From Chrysomallon squamiferum (Eukaryota; Animalia; Mollusca), in the NCBI GenBank assembly GCA_012295275.1, contig CM022673.1:4960001-5024000 (forward strand): a stretch of 64,000 bases of DNA. Reading direction: 5' to 3'. The translations under genes were made by a program, and so were the position numbers. Below are positions 47,101 to 60,878 of the stretch, one piece after another. The notes beneath the pieces are model-generated. The model had not been told where the DNA came from, ran no database searches, and was given only the letters and a program-made list of their open reading frames with translations. Numbering within the stretch: position 1 is the stretch's first letter; every line of letters starts with the position of its first letter.

Positions 47101-50100
47101 NNNNNNNNNNNNNNNNNNNNNNNNNNNNNNNNNNNNNNNNNNNNNNNNNNNNGTGCCGCACGCGCCACCCAAGGGGAACAACTCGTTTCCGACACGTGCA
47201 CAAAAACGCACATATTTTTGAAAATTTGCTCGTTTTTTTCAAACGCATTTTCAAAAGGTGCAGCACCTTTGGTAAATGTTGGAAACGTTTTTTTGCCACA
47301 CTCGCCCCGACGGCGCGCACCTTTGCACACGTTGAAATATTTTTCCCGACCGCACGGAATAGTGCCACACGGATTTTCAATTTTGAAAATCGAATTTTTT
47401 TCAAGTTTCGTTGAAAATGCTAGGGGTACCTTTTTCAAAGTGCAATAACTTTTTTCTGAGCACGTGGGAAAAATCGGGCGCACATACCCAAAAGTGGGCA
47501 AAGGGCCCGACACGGGTGAAAAGTGCCGCACGCGCCACCCAAGGGGAACAACTCGTTTCCGACACGTGCACAAAAACGCACATATTTTTGAAAATTTGTT
47601 TTTTTTTTTTTCAAACGCATTTTCAAAAGGTGCAGCACCTTTGGTAAATGTTGGAAACGTTTTTTGCCACACTCGCGCCCCGACGGCGCGCACCTTTTGC
47701 ACACGTTGAAATATTTTTCCCGACCGCACGGAATAGTGCCACACGGATTTTCAATTTTGAAAATCGAATTTTTTCAAGTTTCGTTGAAAATGTAGGGGGG
47801 TACCTTTTTCAAAGTGCAATAACTTTTTCTGAGCACGTGGGAAAAATCGGGCGCACATACCCAAAAGTGGGGCAAGGGTTGCCCGACACGGGTGAAAAGT
47901 GCCGCACGCGCCACCCAAGGGGAACAACTCGTTTCCGACACGTGCACAAAAAACGCACATATTTTTGAAAATTTGCTCGTTTTTTTTTTTTCAAACGCAT
48001 TTTCAAAAGGTGCAGCACCTTTGGTAAATGTTGGAAACGTTTTTGCCACACTCGCCCCGACGGCGCGCACCTTTTGCACACGTTGAAATATTTTTCCCGA
48101 CCGCACGGAATAGTGCCACACGGATTTTCAATTTTTGAAAATCGAATTTTTTCAAGTTTCGTTGAAAATGCTAGGGGTACCTTTTTCAAAGTGCAATAAC
48201 TTTTTTCCGAGCACGGGAAAAATCGGGCGCACATACCCAAAAGTGGGGCAAGGGTTGCCCGACACGGGTGAAAAGTGCCGCACGCGCCACCCAAGGGGAA
48301 CAACTCGTTTCCGACACGTGCACAAAAAACGCACATATTTTTGAAAATTTGCTCGTTTTTTTTTTCAAACGCATTTTCAAAAGGTGCAGCACCTTTGGTA
48401 AATGTTGGAAACGTTTTTGCCACACTCGCCCCGACGGCGCGCACCTTTTGCACACGTTGAAATATTTTTCCCGACCGCACGGAATAGTGCCACACGGATT
48501 TTCAATTTTTGAAAATCGAATTTTTTCAAGTTTCGTTGAAAATGCTAGGGGTACCTTTTTCAAAGTGCAATAACTTTTTCTGAGCACGTGGGAAAAATCG
48601 GGCGCACATACCCAAAAAAGGGGGGGGTTGCCCCACACGGGTGAAAAGTGCCGCACGCGCCACCCAAGGGGAACAACTCGTTTCCGACACGTGCAAAAAA
48701 CGCACATATTTTTGAAAATTTGCTTTTTTTTTTTCAAACGCATTTTCAAAAGGGGCAGCACCTTTGGTAAATGTTGGAAACGTTTTTGCCACACTCGCCC
48801 CGACGGCGCGCACTTTTGCACACGTTGAAATATTTTTCCCGACCGCACGGAATAGTGCCACACGGATTTTCAATTTTTGAAAATCGAATTTTTTCAAGTT
48901 TCGTTGAAAATGCTAGGGGTACCTTTTTCAAAGTGCAATAACTTTTTCTGAGCACGTGGGAAAAATCGGGCGCACATACCCAAAAGTGGGGCAAGGGTTG
49001 CCCTACACGGGTGAAAAGTGCCGCACGCGCCACCCAAGGGGAACAACTCGTTTCCGACACGTGCACAAAAAACGCACATATTTTTGAAAATTTGCTCGTT
49101 TTTTTTTTCAAACGCATTTTCAAAAGGTGCAGCACCTTTGGTAAATGTTGGAAACGTTTTTGCCACACTCGCCCCGACGGCGCGCACCTTTTGCACACGT
49201 TGAAATATTTTTCCCGACCGCACGGAATAGTGCCACACGGATTTTCAATTTTTGAAAATCGAATTTTTTCAAGTTTCGTTGAAAATGCTAGGGGTACCTT
49301 TTTTTTTTCAAAGTGCAATAACTTTTTCTGAGCACGTGGGAAAAATCGGGCGCACATACCCAAAAGTGGGCAAAGGGTTGCCCGACACGGGTGAAAAGTG
49401 CCGCACGCGCCACCCAAGGGGAACAACTCGTTTCCGACACGTGCACAAAAAAACGCACATATTTTTGAAAATTTGCTCTTTTTTTTCAAACGCATTTTCA
49501 AAAGGTGCAGCACCTTTGGTAAATGTTGGAAACGTTTTTGCCACACCCCGCCCCGACGGCGCGCACCTTTTGCACACGTTGAAATATTTTTCCCGACCGC
49601 ACGGAATAGTGCCACACGGATTTTCAACTTTTGAAAATCGAATTTTTTCAAGTTTCGTTGAAAATGCTAGGGGTACCTTTTTCAAAGTGCAATAACTTTT
49701 TCTGAGCACGTGGGAAAAATCGGGCGCACATACCCAAAAGTGGGGCAAGGGTTGCCCGACACGGGTGAAAAGTGCCGCACGCGCCACCCAAGGGGAACAA
49801 CTCGTTTCCGACACGTGCACAAAAAACGCACATAATTTTGAAAATTTGCTCTTTTTTTTTTCAAACGCATTTTCAAAAGGTGCAGCACCTTTGGTAAATG
49901 TTGGAAACGTTTTTTTTGCCACACTCGCCCCGACGGCGCGCACCTTTGCACACGTTGAAATATTTTTCCCGACCGCACGGAATAGTGCCACACGGATTTT
50001 CACCATTTGAAAATCGAATTTTTTCAAGTTTCGTTGAAAATGCTAGGGGGGTTTTTTTTTCAAAGTGCAATAACTTTTTTTTCTGAGCACGTGGAAAAAT

Positions 50101-53100
50101 CGGGCGCACATACCCAAAAGTGGGGCAAGGGTTGCCCTACACGGGTGAAAAGTGCCGCACGCGCCACCCAAGGGGAACAACTCGTTTCCGACACGTGCAC
50201 AAAAAACGCACATATTTTTGAAAATTTGCTCGTTTTTTTTTTTCAAACGCATTTTCAAAAGGTGCAGCACCTTTGGTAAATGTTGGAAACGTTTTTTTTT
50301 GCCACACCGCCCCGACGGCGCGCACCTTTTGCACACGTTGAAATATTTTTCCCGACCGCACGGAATAGTGCCACACGGATTTTCAATTTTTGAAAATCGA
50401 ATTTTTTCAAGTTTCGTTGAAAATGCTAGGGGTACCTTTTTCAAAGTGCAATAACTTTTTCTGAGCACGTGGGAAAAATCGGGCGCACATACCCAAAAGT
50501 GGGGCAAGGGTTGCCCCACACGGGTGAAAAGTGCCGCACGCGCCACCCAAGGGGAACAACTCGTTTCCGACACGTGCACAAAAACGCACATATTTTTGAA
50601 AATTTGCTCTTTTTTTTTTCAAACGCATTTTCAAAAGGGCAGCACCTTTGGTAAATGTTGGAAACGTTTTTGCCACACTCGCCCCGACGGCGCGCACCTT
50701 TTGCACACGTTGAAATATTTTTCCCGACCGCACGGAATAGTGCCACACGGATTTTCAATTTTTGAAAATCGAATTTTTTCAAGTTTCGTTGAAAATGCTA
50801 GGGGTACCTTTTTCAAAGTGCAATAACTTTTTTTTCTGAGCACGGGAAAAATCGGGCGCACATACCCAAAAGTGGGGCAAGGGTTGCCCTACACGGGTGA
50901 AAAGTGCCGCACGCGCCACCCAAGGGGAACAACTCGTTTCCGACACGTGCACAAAAACGCACATATTTTTGAAAATTTGCTCGTTTTTTTTTCAAACGCA
51001 TTTTCAAAAGGTGCAGCACCTTTGGTAAATGGTAAATGTTGGAAACGTTTTGCCACACTCGCCCCGACGGCGCGCACCTTTTGCACACGTTGAAATATTT
51101 TTCCCGACCGCACGGAATAGTGCCACACGGATTTTCAACTTTTGAAAATCGAATTTTTTCAAGTTTCGTTGAAAATGCTAGGGGTACCTTTTTCAAAGTG
51201 CAATAACTTTTTCTGAGCACGTGGGAAAAATCGGGCGCACATACCAAAAAAAGTGGGGCAAGGGTTGCCCCTACACGGGTGAAAAAGCCGCCGCACGCGC
51301 CACCCAAGGGGAACAACTCGTTTCCGACACGTGCACAAAAACGCACATATTTTTGAAAATTTGCTCTTTTTTTTTTTTTTCAAACGCATTTTCAAAAGGG
51401 GCAGCACCTTTGGTAAATGTTGGAAACGTTTTTGCCACACTCGCCCCGACGGCGCGCACCTTTTGCACACGTTGAAATATTTTTCCCGACCGCACGGAAT
51501 AGTGCCACACGGATTTTCAATTTTTGAAAATCGAATTTTTTCAAGTTTCGTTGAAAATGCTAGGGGTACCTTTTTCAAAGTGCAATAACTTTTTCTGAGC
51601 ACGTGGAAAAATCGGGCGCACATACCCAAAAGTGGGGCAAGGGTTGCCCGACACGGGTGAAAAGTGCCGCACGCGCCACCCAAGGGGAACAACTCGTTTC
51701 CGACACGTGCACAAAAAACGCACATATTTTTGAAAATTTGTCGTTTTTTTTTTCAAACGCATTTTCAAAAGGTGCAGCACCTTTGGTAAATGTTGGAAAC
51801 GTTTTTGCCACACTCGCCCCGACGGCGCGCACCTTTTGCACACGTTGAAATATTTTTCCCGACCGCACGGAATAGTGCCACACGGATTTTCAATTTTTGA
51901 AAATCGAATTTTTCAAGTTTCGTTGAAAATGCTAGGGGTACCTTTTTCAAAGTGCAATAACTTTTTCTGAGCACGTGGGAAAAATCGGGCGCACATACCC
52001 AAAAGTGGGGCAAGGGTTGCCCGACACGGGTGAAAAGTGCCGCACGCGCCACCCAAGGGGAACAACTCGTTTCCGACACGTGCACAAAAAACGCACATAT
52101 TTTTGAAAATTTGCTCGTTTTTTTTTCAAACGCATTTTCAAAAGGTGCAGCACCTTTGGTAAATGTTGGAAACGTTTTTGCCACACTCGCCCCGACGGCG
52201 CGCACCTTTTGCACACGTTGAAATATTTTTCCCGACCGCACGGAATAGTGCCACACGGATTTTCAATTTTTGAAAATCGAATTTTTTCAAGTTTCGTTGA
52301 AAATGCTAGGGGTACCTTTTTCAAAGTGCAATAACTTTTTCTGAGCACGTGGGAAAAATCGGGCGCACATACCCAAAAGTGGGGCAAGGGTTGCCCGACA
52401 CGGGTGAAAAGTGCCGCACGCGCCACCCAAGGGGAACAACTCGTTTCCGACACGTGCACAAAAAACGCACATATTTTTGAAAATTTGCTTTTTTTTTTTC
52501 AAACGCATTTTCAAAAGGTGCAGCACCTTTGGTAAATGTTGGAAACGTTTTTGCCACACTCGCCCCGACGGCGCGCACCTTTTGCACACGTTGAAATATT
52601 TTTCCCGACCGCACGGAATAGTGCCACACGGATTTTCAATTTTTGAAAATCGAATTTTTTCAAGTTTCGTTGAAAATGCTAGGGGTACCTTTTTCAAAGT
52701 GCAATAACTTTTTCTGAGCACGTGGGAAAAATCGGGCGCACATACCCAAAAGTGGGCAAGGGTTGCCCTACACGGGTGAAAAGTGCCGCACGCGCCACCC
52801 AAGGGGAACAACTCGTTTCCGACACGTGCACAAAAAACGCACATAATTTTGAAAATTTGCTCTTTTTTTTTTCAAACGCATTTTCAAAAGGTGCAGCACC
52901 TTTGGTAAATGTTGGAAACGTTTTTGCCACACTCGCCCCGACGGCGCGCACCTTTTGCACACGTTGAAATATTTTTCCCGACCGCACGGAATAGTGCCAC
53001 ACGGATTTTCAATTTTTGAAAATCGAATTTTTTCAAGTTTCGTTGAAAATGCTAGGGGTACCTTTTTCAAAGTGCAATAACTTTTTTTTCTGAGCACGTG

Positions 53101-55266
53101 GGAAAAAATCGGGCGCACATACCCAAAAGGGGGCAAGGGTTGCCCTACACGGGTGAAAAGTGCCGCACGCGCCACCCAAGGGGAACAACTCGTTTCCGAC
53201 ACGTGCACAAAAAACGCACATATTTTTGAAAATTTGCTTTTTCGTTTTTTTTTTTTCAAACGCATTTTCAAAAGGGGCAGCACCTTTGGTAAATGTTGAA
53301 ACGTTTTTTTGCCACACTCGCCCCGACGGCGCGCACCTTTTGCACACGTTGAAATATTTTTCCCGACCGCACGGAATAGTGCCACACGGATTTTCAATTT
53401 TTGAAAATCGAATTTTTTCAAGTTTCGTTGAAAATGCTAGGGGTACCTTTTTCAAAGTGCAATAACTTTTTCTGAGCACGTGGGAAAAATCGGGCGCACA
53501 TACCAAAAAATGGGGCAAGGGTTGCCCGACATTATCGGGTGAAAGTGCCGCACGCGCCACCCAAGGGGAACAACTCGTTTCCGACACGTGCACAAAAACG
53601 CACATATTTTTGAAAATTTGCTCGTTTTTTTTTCAAACGCATTTTCAAAAGGTGCAGCACCTTTGGTAAATGTTGGAACGTTTTTTTGCCACACTCGCCC
53701 CGACGGCGCGCACCTTTTGCACACGTTGAAATATTTTTCCCGACCGCACGGAATAGTGCCACACGGATTTTCAATTTTTGAAAATCGAATTTTTTCAAGT
53801 TTCGTTGAAAATGCTAGGGGTACCTTTTTCAAAGTGCAATAACTTTTTCTGAGCACGTGGGAAAAAAATCGGGCGCACATACCCAAAAGTGGGGCAAGGG
53901 GGTTGCCCGACACGGGTGAAAAGTGCCGCACGCGCCACCCAAGGGGAACAACTCGTTTCCGACACGTGCACAAAAAACGCACATATTTTTGAAAATTTGC
54001 TCGTTTTTTTTTTTCAAACGCATTTTCAAAAGGTGCAGCACCTTTGGTAAATGTTGGAAACGTTTTTGCCACACTCGCCCCGACGGCGCGCACCTTTTGC
54101 ACACGTTGAAATATTTTTCCCGACCGCACGGAATAGTGCCACACGGATTTTCAACTTTTGAAAATCGAATTTTTCAAGTTTCGTTGAAAATGCTAGGGGT
54201 ACCTTTTTCAAAGTGCAATAACTTTTTCTGAGCACGTGGGAAAAATCGGGCGCACATACCCAAAAGTGGGGCAAGGGTTGCCCGACACGGGTGAAAAGTG
54301 CCGCACGCGCCACCCAAGGGGAACAACTCGTTTCCGACACGTGCACAAAAAACGCACATATTTTTGAAAATTTGCTCGTTTTTTTTTCAAACGCATTTTC
54401 AAAAGGTGCAGCACCTTTGGTAAATGTTGGAAACGTTTTTGCCACACTCGCCCCGACGGCGCGCACCTTTTGCACACGTTGAAATATTTTTCCCGACCGC
54501 ACGGAATAGTGCCACACGGATTTTCAATTTTTGAAAATCGAATTTTTTCAAGTTTCGTTGAAAATGCTAGGGGTACCTTTTTCAAAGTGCAATAACTTTT
54601 TCTGAGCACGTGGGAAAAATCGGGCGCACATACCCAAAAGTGGGGCAAGGGTTGCCCTACACGGGTGAAAAGTGCCGCACGCGCCACCCAAGGGGAACAA
54701 CTCGTTTCCGACACGTGCACAAAAAACGCACATATTTTTGAAAATTTGCTCTTTTTTTTTTCAAACGCATTTTCAAAAGGTGCAGCACCTTTGGTAAATG
54801 TTGGAAACGTTTTTGCCACACTCGCCCCGACGGCGCGCACCTTTTGCACACGTTGAAATATTTTTCCCGACCGCACGGAATAGTGCCACACGGATTTTCA
54901 ATTTTTGAAAATCGAATTTTTTCAAGTTTCGTTGAAAATGCTAGGGGTACCTTTTTCAAAGTGCAATAACTTTTTCTGAGCACGTGGGAAAAATCGGGCG
55001 CACATACCCAAAAGTGGGGCAAGGGTTGCCCTACACGGGTGAAAAGTGCCGCACGCGCCACCCAAGGGGAACAACTCGTTTCCGACACGTGCACAAAAAA
55101 CGCACATATTTTTGAAAATTTGCTCGTTTTTTTTCAAACGCATTTTCAAAAGGTGCAGCAAAATGTTGGAAACGTTTTTGCCACACTCGCCCCGACGGCG
55201 CTTACCTTTTGCACACGTTGAAATATTTGTCCCGACCCCCGGGCAAAGTGCCACATGGTTTTTCAT
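35123..55266. repeat. Tandem satellite DNA, ~374-bp monomer, ~54 visible copies (32 left and 22 right of the gap)
   Basis: The marker GAACAACYCGTTTCCGACACGTGCAC recurs every ~372-380 bp. Differences are mostly homopolymer length plus diagnostic substitutions. The last unit is degenerate. Confidence 0.98.
46953..47152. other. Assembly gap (200 N) inside the satellite
   Basis: Run of 200 n. True array length is unknown. Confidence 0.99.
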
Positions 55267-56251
55267 TTTTTATGTTTTTATTGTTTTTTTTTGGGGGGAT
55301 GGATGTTTTTTTTTTTTAATGGAATGAGATCCAATTCAACTAATGCTGTTGCAACAACTCGTGATATACGTTTAGTGTCACGCTATTTTCATAAAATATT
55401 TCAAACTTTATATTGCTCACATTGTGTTTATTAATATTTTTCAACTCATAGATATTCTTCTTTTGCTAATCCGCAGTAATCTGAGAAGTAAAAAGAAAGG
55501 GAAAAGTTATAAACTATGGAAAAGAATGAAAGGAAGAAAGTTACAAATTTTAGATATTGAAGAACAAAACGTTAGTCATCGCTAAACCAGTTTACGCAAA
55601 TTAATAAAAAGAATGATGTGAAATGTTTTTTTTTTTTTAAATTAAAATAAGGTATTTTACCGATTTTCGGGAATATCTATTCTTTTTCTGTTTTTATTCC
55701 ATCCTTAACAAAACAGGCACAATAATAATTCAGTATAACACTTCTAGCAAATAAACTTCATTTCTCCCTAGTCTTTGAAAGAACACCTTCTGCTAGAAAT
55801 TTAAAATTTAAATTTAAATGAAATACATTAATATTAGTGGAACAAGCGTGTTAGTACAGGGTACATCAATAAAATTAAAAAAGTAAATTAAAAAAAATAA
55901 TAATAATAAACGTAAAATAAATTATATCAAATGCCCGGTACTTGCAAATTGTATCCGGCTTAAAAAATGTTTCGGAAAAAATAAACAGTATTAAACTTTT
56001 TAAATATAATATGTTGACATCGAAAACAAATATTAAAACTCTTGTTTAGAAAACCTTAGTTATTTGAAAACCTGCATATTATAGAGTGGCATTCCTCATA
56101 TACACGATGATGGTAAGAGCCTATGATTAAAATTTGCCTATTTTAAATATAAAAATATAAAATTTTAAGGAATCCTTTAAAATATGTTGAACATTTTTCC
56201 TGGAATTGTTTTAGTAATGTACACAAATGTGTTGACTTTTAAGTTAATATG

Positions 56252-56749
56252 TCAAGAGTCTGATTGTCGAATGTTTTCCAATTTTTGAGCTAAATCATAT
56301 CGATCACATTTCTTTAACCCTTCGATAAGAGCCTCTTTAGTTGCTTTAGCCGCATTCTTTTGTCTCCAGCAGCACAGCATGCCGTGAGCCTGTAACTGTA
56401 AATTATGTGGATTCTTCTTCTCACACTTTTCAATAACTAAATGTCCTAATTCTAGATTGAGTGCCAAGTTCTGCCATTCATTACCAAGAACGTTGGAGAG
56501 GAATATGAAAATACGATCAAGTTCATCTAAAAAAAAAGAAAAAATGAAAAAAAAACAACATAATAATAACACACACACACACACACACACACAGACATAC
56601 ACACACACATATATTAAGATTCTGCTCAATTATAAATCTTTAAATGTTATAATGATGGATGCTGATTATGAAACTAAAGCTTACAATGGATTAGCACTGT
56701 TATATAACTTGATTTATATAAATCATCCCTATCCTTTTAAAAAATAATA

Positions 56750-56780
<31 letters not shown>

Positions 56781-56805
56781 TCTACTTCTTCTTCTGATTA
56801 TTATA

Positions 56806-56841
<36 letters not shown>

Positions 56842-57679
56842 TTTTTCTTCTTTGAACAAATTTAACTGCATAGTCTCCGACCATGTTAATGATAGCAGAT
56901 CTTCCTTTGACATCTGTGCCAATTTCTCTCTGGATAGACTTGTGTGAAACGCATGTGATTCGGCCTTTATAACATTGCCATCTCTGTCTCTCAGTATTTC
57001 TTTGTGATATACGCTCTGCACTGCCGCCACTACGGTTTTTGGAATGTTTGCGCAGCTGCTCACTGCTGCAGTCGACTCTGACGGTACCGTTTCCTTGGTC
57101 TTTCCTTTGTTTCCATTATTACTATGTTCAAGATTCAACGAGAGTTTTGACTTCACTTCTTCAGACAGACTGTCGGTATGGTCTTCCTTTTTCCTGCTTT
57201 CTTGCTGACTGTTGGAAGGAGACACAGGAAGTGTCTGAGCGGGCTCTCCCTGCTCGTGCTCGTCCACCAGTCGTATTCCCTTGGGGACAGGTTTCATACG
57301 ATCAGCATCCTGGGAATAGTCTTCTTCTCTTATAATGTTCCTTGAATCTAATGAATGATAATAGATCTTCATGATTTTAATAACCGCATTCATCCACAAG
57401 AAAGACATGATAATTTATGCAACAAAAATCGATATTTAAAAAAAATAATAATAATAATAATTATTATTTCTGTTCTTTTTCTTTCTTTCTTTGTGTTATA
57501 TACATTTTTACTAGGTTTTTAAAGATTATGTTTAGATTTATGTAAACCATTAACATATACATAAATACCTTTCCGTTTAAACTTTAAATAAATATTTTAA
57601 GGCAACTGAACTTTATTAAAACAGTCTGCCAATCTTATTATTAAACGGCTAAAATGTCGTGCTGGGATAATTAAAAATA

Positions 57680-57711
<32 letters not shown>

Positions 57712-60337
57712 TTATAGAATAAAAAAACAAAATAAAATAAATAAATAAACAAAAATAATAAATAAAAAAATAATAATAATACAAAAAATCTCATGAATAA
57801 AACATATTTCTTAGTTTAATGACCAATTTACTTTTTATTATTTAATTTAATTTATTTATTTTTTGTTTACTTAATTATGATTATGATTATTATTTTTTTT
57901 TTTTTTTTTTTTTGTTTTTTTTTTTGTTGTTGTTCTTTCATTTATTTATTTTGTCCATCTGTTAACCTGGAATAAGTAATCCTGACATAAGGTTTTACCT
58001 GCAACAAAAAAAAGTTGCCCATAATGCATTAAGCCATAACAAACTGTCTTTTGATTCCCAAGATCATCAAAGACATATACGGGGAAAGTCTGGCCTAGAT
58101 CCTTTTTATTTTGGCCTGAAAATCTGCACAACAGAACTGTATCCCTGTTTGTTATTCCTACTTCTGACAAAGTGCTGATGTTGTCCAAACACTTTCCACT
58201 AAAAATAATATTCATCTGCGAGTTATGCATATCCACAATTTTATTTAGGTAGATATGCAGTTTTACATCGGATACTGTAGTGGTACGAACATCGTTAACA
58301 ACAAACCGCATTGGTGGTTTTCCTACGCATCTCACAGTCAGTTCAATGCGATTTCTGTAAATCACCACATCAACTGTATCATCCGATCCGATACGATACG
58401 ATTTAAGTGTCCTGTCGTACTTCATCTCTGCTCCGCAAAAGCTGAGCTCCATATAGAAAGGATATATTCCTTCTGAAGCAGCCAATAATTCTCTTAACTC
58501 GCTTACTTTGTCGTGTTTGTATATTTCAACAGTTTTTGAAGATGTGTTGTTATCTTGAAACAGATTGATATTGAGCTGTGATTTGTTGCATGCTTGAACG
58601 AACACGTGACAGTCCGGTCTGAAATCGCTCACTGACGTAAGCAGATCACTGTCCCTGATGGTCCTTTTCTTCAATTTCAGTTTTAAAGAATTTGGCTCTT
58701 GGTTAAAATGATTCGCGACAAGATATCGCAGATTGCTTCCAGTAGATTTGCAATGTAGTTCTGCCATAATGACTTTTCTGAAATAACTTTTCTTTACGTC
58801 AGCTAAATGAACAGTAATTGGAATGCTGTTTTTGTCGCTTATGTGCACATTTATGTCAGTAACATGTAAAGGCATCCAAAGATTGTTCATACCCATCATC
58901 TGATCAATCAGATAATGTTCATCTTTCAGAATCATATTTTTGCCGGAAAACGATATTTCCTTTCTTCCGTTCAAAAGATCTGGAAATTCTTTTCCGAATT
59001 GTCGATAGAATCTGTTTTTCATTTCGCCAATGCAATCGGTGTTGTAACAATTTAAATAGTACAAAATTTCCACATCAGGTTTTGAATGGTAATGACATCG
59101 TACTTTCAAAGGACTTTGGTCTATTAATACGCATTCAATCAACCGACTTGATTCCAAGATCTCACAAAACCTTTGCTCCGATTTACTGAAAATTCTTTTT
59201 TTCATATACAAGCAAACATGTTCACGATTTTGCTCTCGTTTCTTTATAACATCATCAATAAAGGTACCCACTGTCATATTTTCGTCAATCCTAATACAGT
59301 GCAGTGTAGGTAACGATGTAATCGACAGGCCAGAGAGTATCAAAAATACATTCTTTTTTATATAATCCTGATCAGCAATCACTGCGAAGAAGTTTGAACA
59401 AGTATTATTGACAAGTACACAATCTTCTGAAACACGAAACTTTTCTGCAACATCTCTCTTCATGCTTATAACGTTTGACACAGGGCAAAGTTTAGAAGTA
59501 ACCATTGATACTGGCGCTTTACCTCGTAGATCAAACACGGACACAGCCAGACCTGGTGCTTCGATGAATTCTGGAAATATAGGTGAATCTTTATAAATGA
59601 AAGGTTCAGAACCAGAATGATATACGCTCGTCAGTTTAGACTGACTGTTATTTTTGCTAGGGGAACAGTTAATGAACAAATATATATTTGGTCTGAACTC
59701 CCCTCCAATCCTGAAACAATTACAGTCGAAGTACAATGTGAAGGTTTATGATATGTGCTGCTGATGGTATTTAATAAGAAAACTGTGAATGTTACGCTTA
59801 AAAATTGTCTTCCATTGTCATACCAACTCCAAAAAATGTAATAAAAATATATAATTTAATTGAAATTTTAAAACGAATACTGTTTTAAAACAAAATTTAA
59901 TAATAATAATAATAATAATAATGAAATATGAAAAAAAAAAATAACTAACTAACTAAGTACCAACAAAAACAATAATAACCTAATAAGTGACTGGATTTAT
60001 ACTTTGTCAAGCAGTTCCAAATCACAAATCACATGTACTACCACGTGACTTGTACAATCACCAATCAAAACAGACATTTCAGTGAACAAAATGAAAACAA
60101 ATGTGTGTATATTCAAATAGTCTAGAAATGATATTTGTATTTATTTATTATGGTTTTTTGGGGGGGTGTATTTTCTTTTTTTTATTAATTTTATTCTTTC
60201 GTTTTGTTTGTTTGTTGTTTTTGAGAGGTTTTTGTTGTTTTTTTATTTGCTTTTATGCAAAGGGCGATTTCTGTAGGAATATTAATAAATAATGTTTTAA
60301 TTGTTCATAATTATGCTTTGATAAACGACAATCTATT

Positions 60338-60401
<64 letters not shown>

Positions 60402-60428
60402 TTAAAATTAAATTAACAACAACAACAA

Positions 60429-60483
<55 letters not shown>

Positions 60484-60721
60484 ACAGACCTAGACAAACA
60501 TACACACACAAAAACAGAATACAAGCTCACATGCGTCTGGCATACAAAGAAACATACAGTGAAATGAAACATTCTAACAATTCACCTGATGAGAATTTTG
60601 TATCTGGAGAGAGAAAGGGAGATGACTTGGCGCTGATAGCATCAAAGCTGTCAAAAACAGAATCATGGAAGGAACTGTCATCAGGATAATCTGATCCCGT
60701 AAGACCTTGCGATTCACTCAT
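56252..60721 (-). CDS. ~829-aa protein with tandem ubiquitin-like domains and a C-terminal death domain; exons 60721-60586, 59570-57999, 57347-56841, 56526-56252
   Basis: All phase-1 GT-AG junctions are in frame. UBL repeats include KTVEIYKHDKVSELRELLAASEGIYPFYMELSFCGAEMKYDRTLKSYRI and TTVSDVKLHI..MNIIFSGKCLDNISTLSEVGI. Death domain: LSNVLGNEWQNLALNLEL..IEKCE..QAHGMLCCWRQK..ATKEALIEGLKKCDRYDLAQKL. Confidence 0.85.
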
Positions 60722-60814
60722 GATTAGAAAACTTCAAAAGAAAAAAGAAAAAATTAAAGGATTTAAAGTTCATTGTTACTATTATTATTATTTATATTGT
60801 TATTATTATTATTA

Positions 60815-60878
<64 letters not shown>

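Noticed and set aside
35123-55266. CRISPR array or prokaryotic repeat system
   Set aside because: There are no unique spacers, the whole unit repeats, there are no cas genes, and the context is eukaryotic with introns.
35123-55266. Satellite as rDNA IGS subrepeats
   Set aside because: A 28S-3'-end-like sequence lies between the array and the spacer/18S, so the array is outside the IGS, and no rDNA follows on the right. Not fully excluded if the 28S call is wrong.
35038-55327. Hundreds of overlapping ORFs (MWHYSVRSGK..., MKIEFFQV...) in the array
   Set aside because: These are translations of a 374-bp satellite. The unit is not a multiple of 3, homopolymer indels shift frames freely, and there is no domain signal.
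57000-57040. RHIM-like motif in the linker before the death domain (VVAAVQSV)
   Set aside because: It lacks the (I/V)Q(I/V/L/C)G core.
59571-59736. ORF N-terminus MYFDCNCFRIGG... as the true start of the UBL protein
   Set aside because: It has a non-ATG start. A phase-1 acceptor TTTCCAG at 59571 joins the upstream ATG exon in frame, so this stretch is probably intronic.
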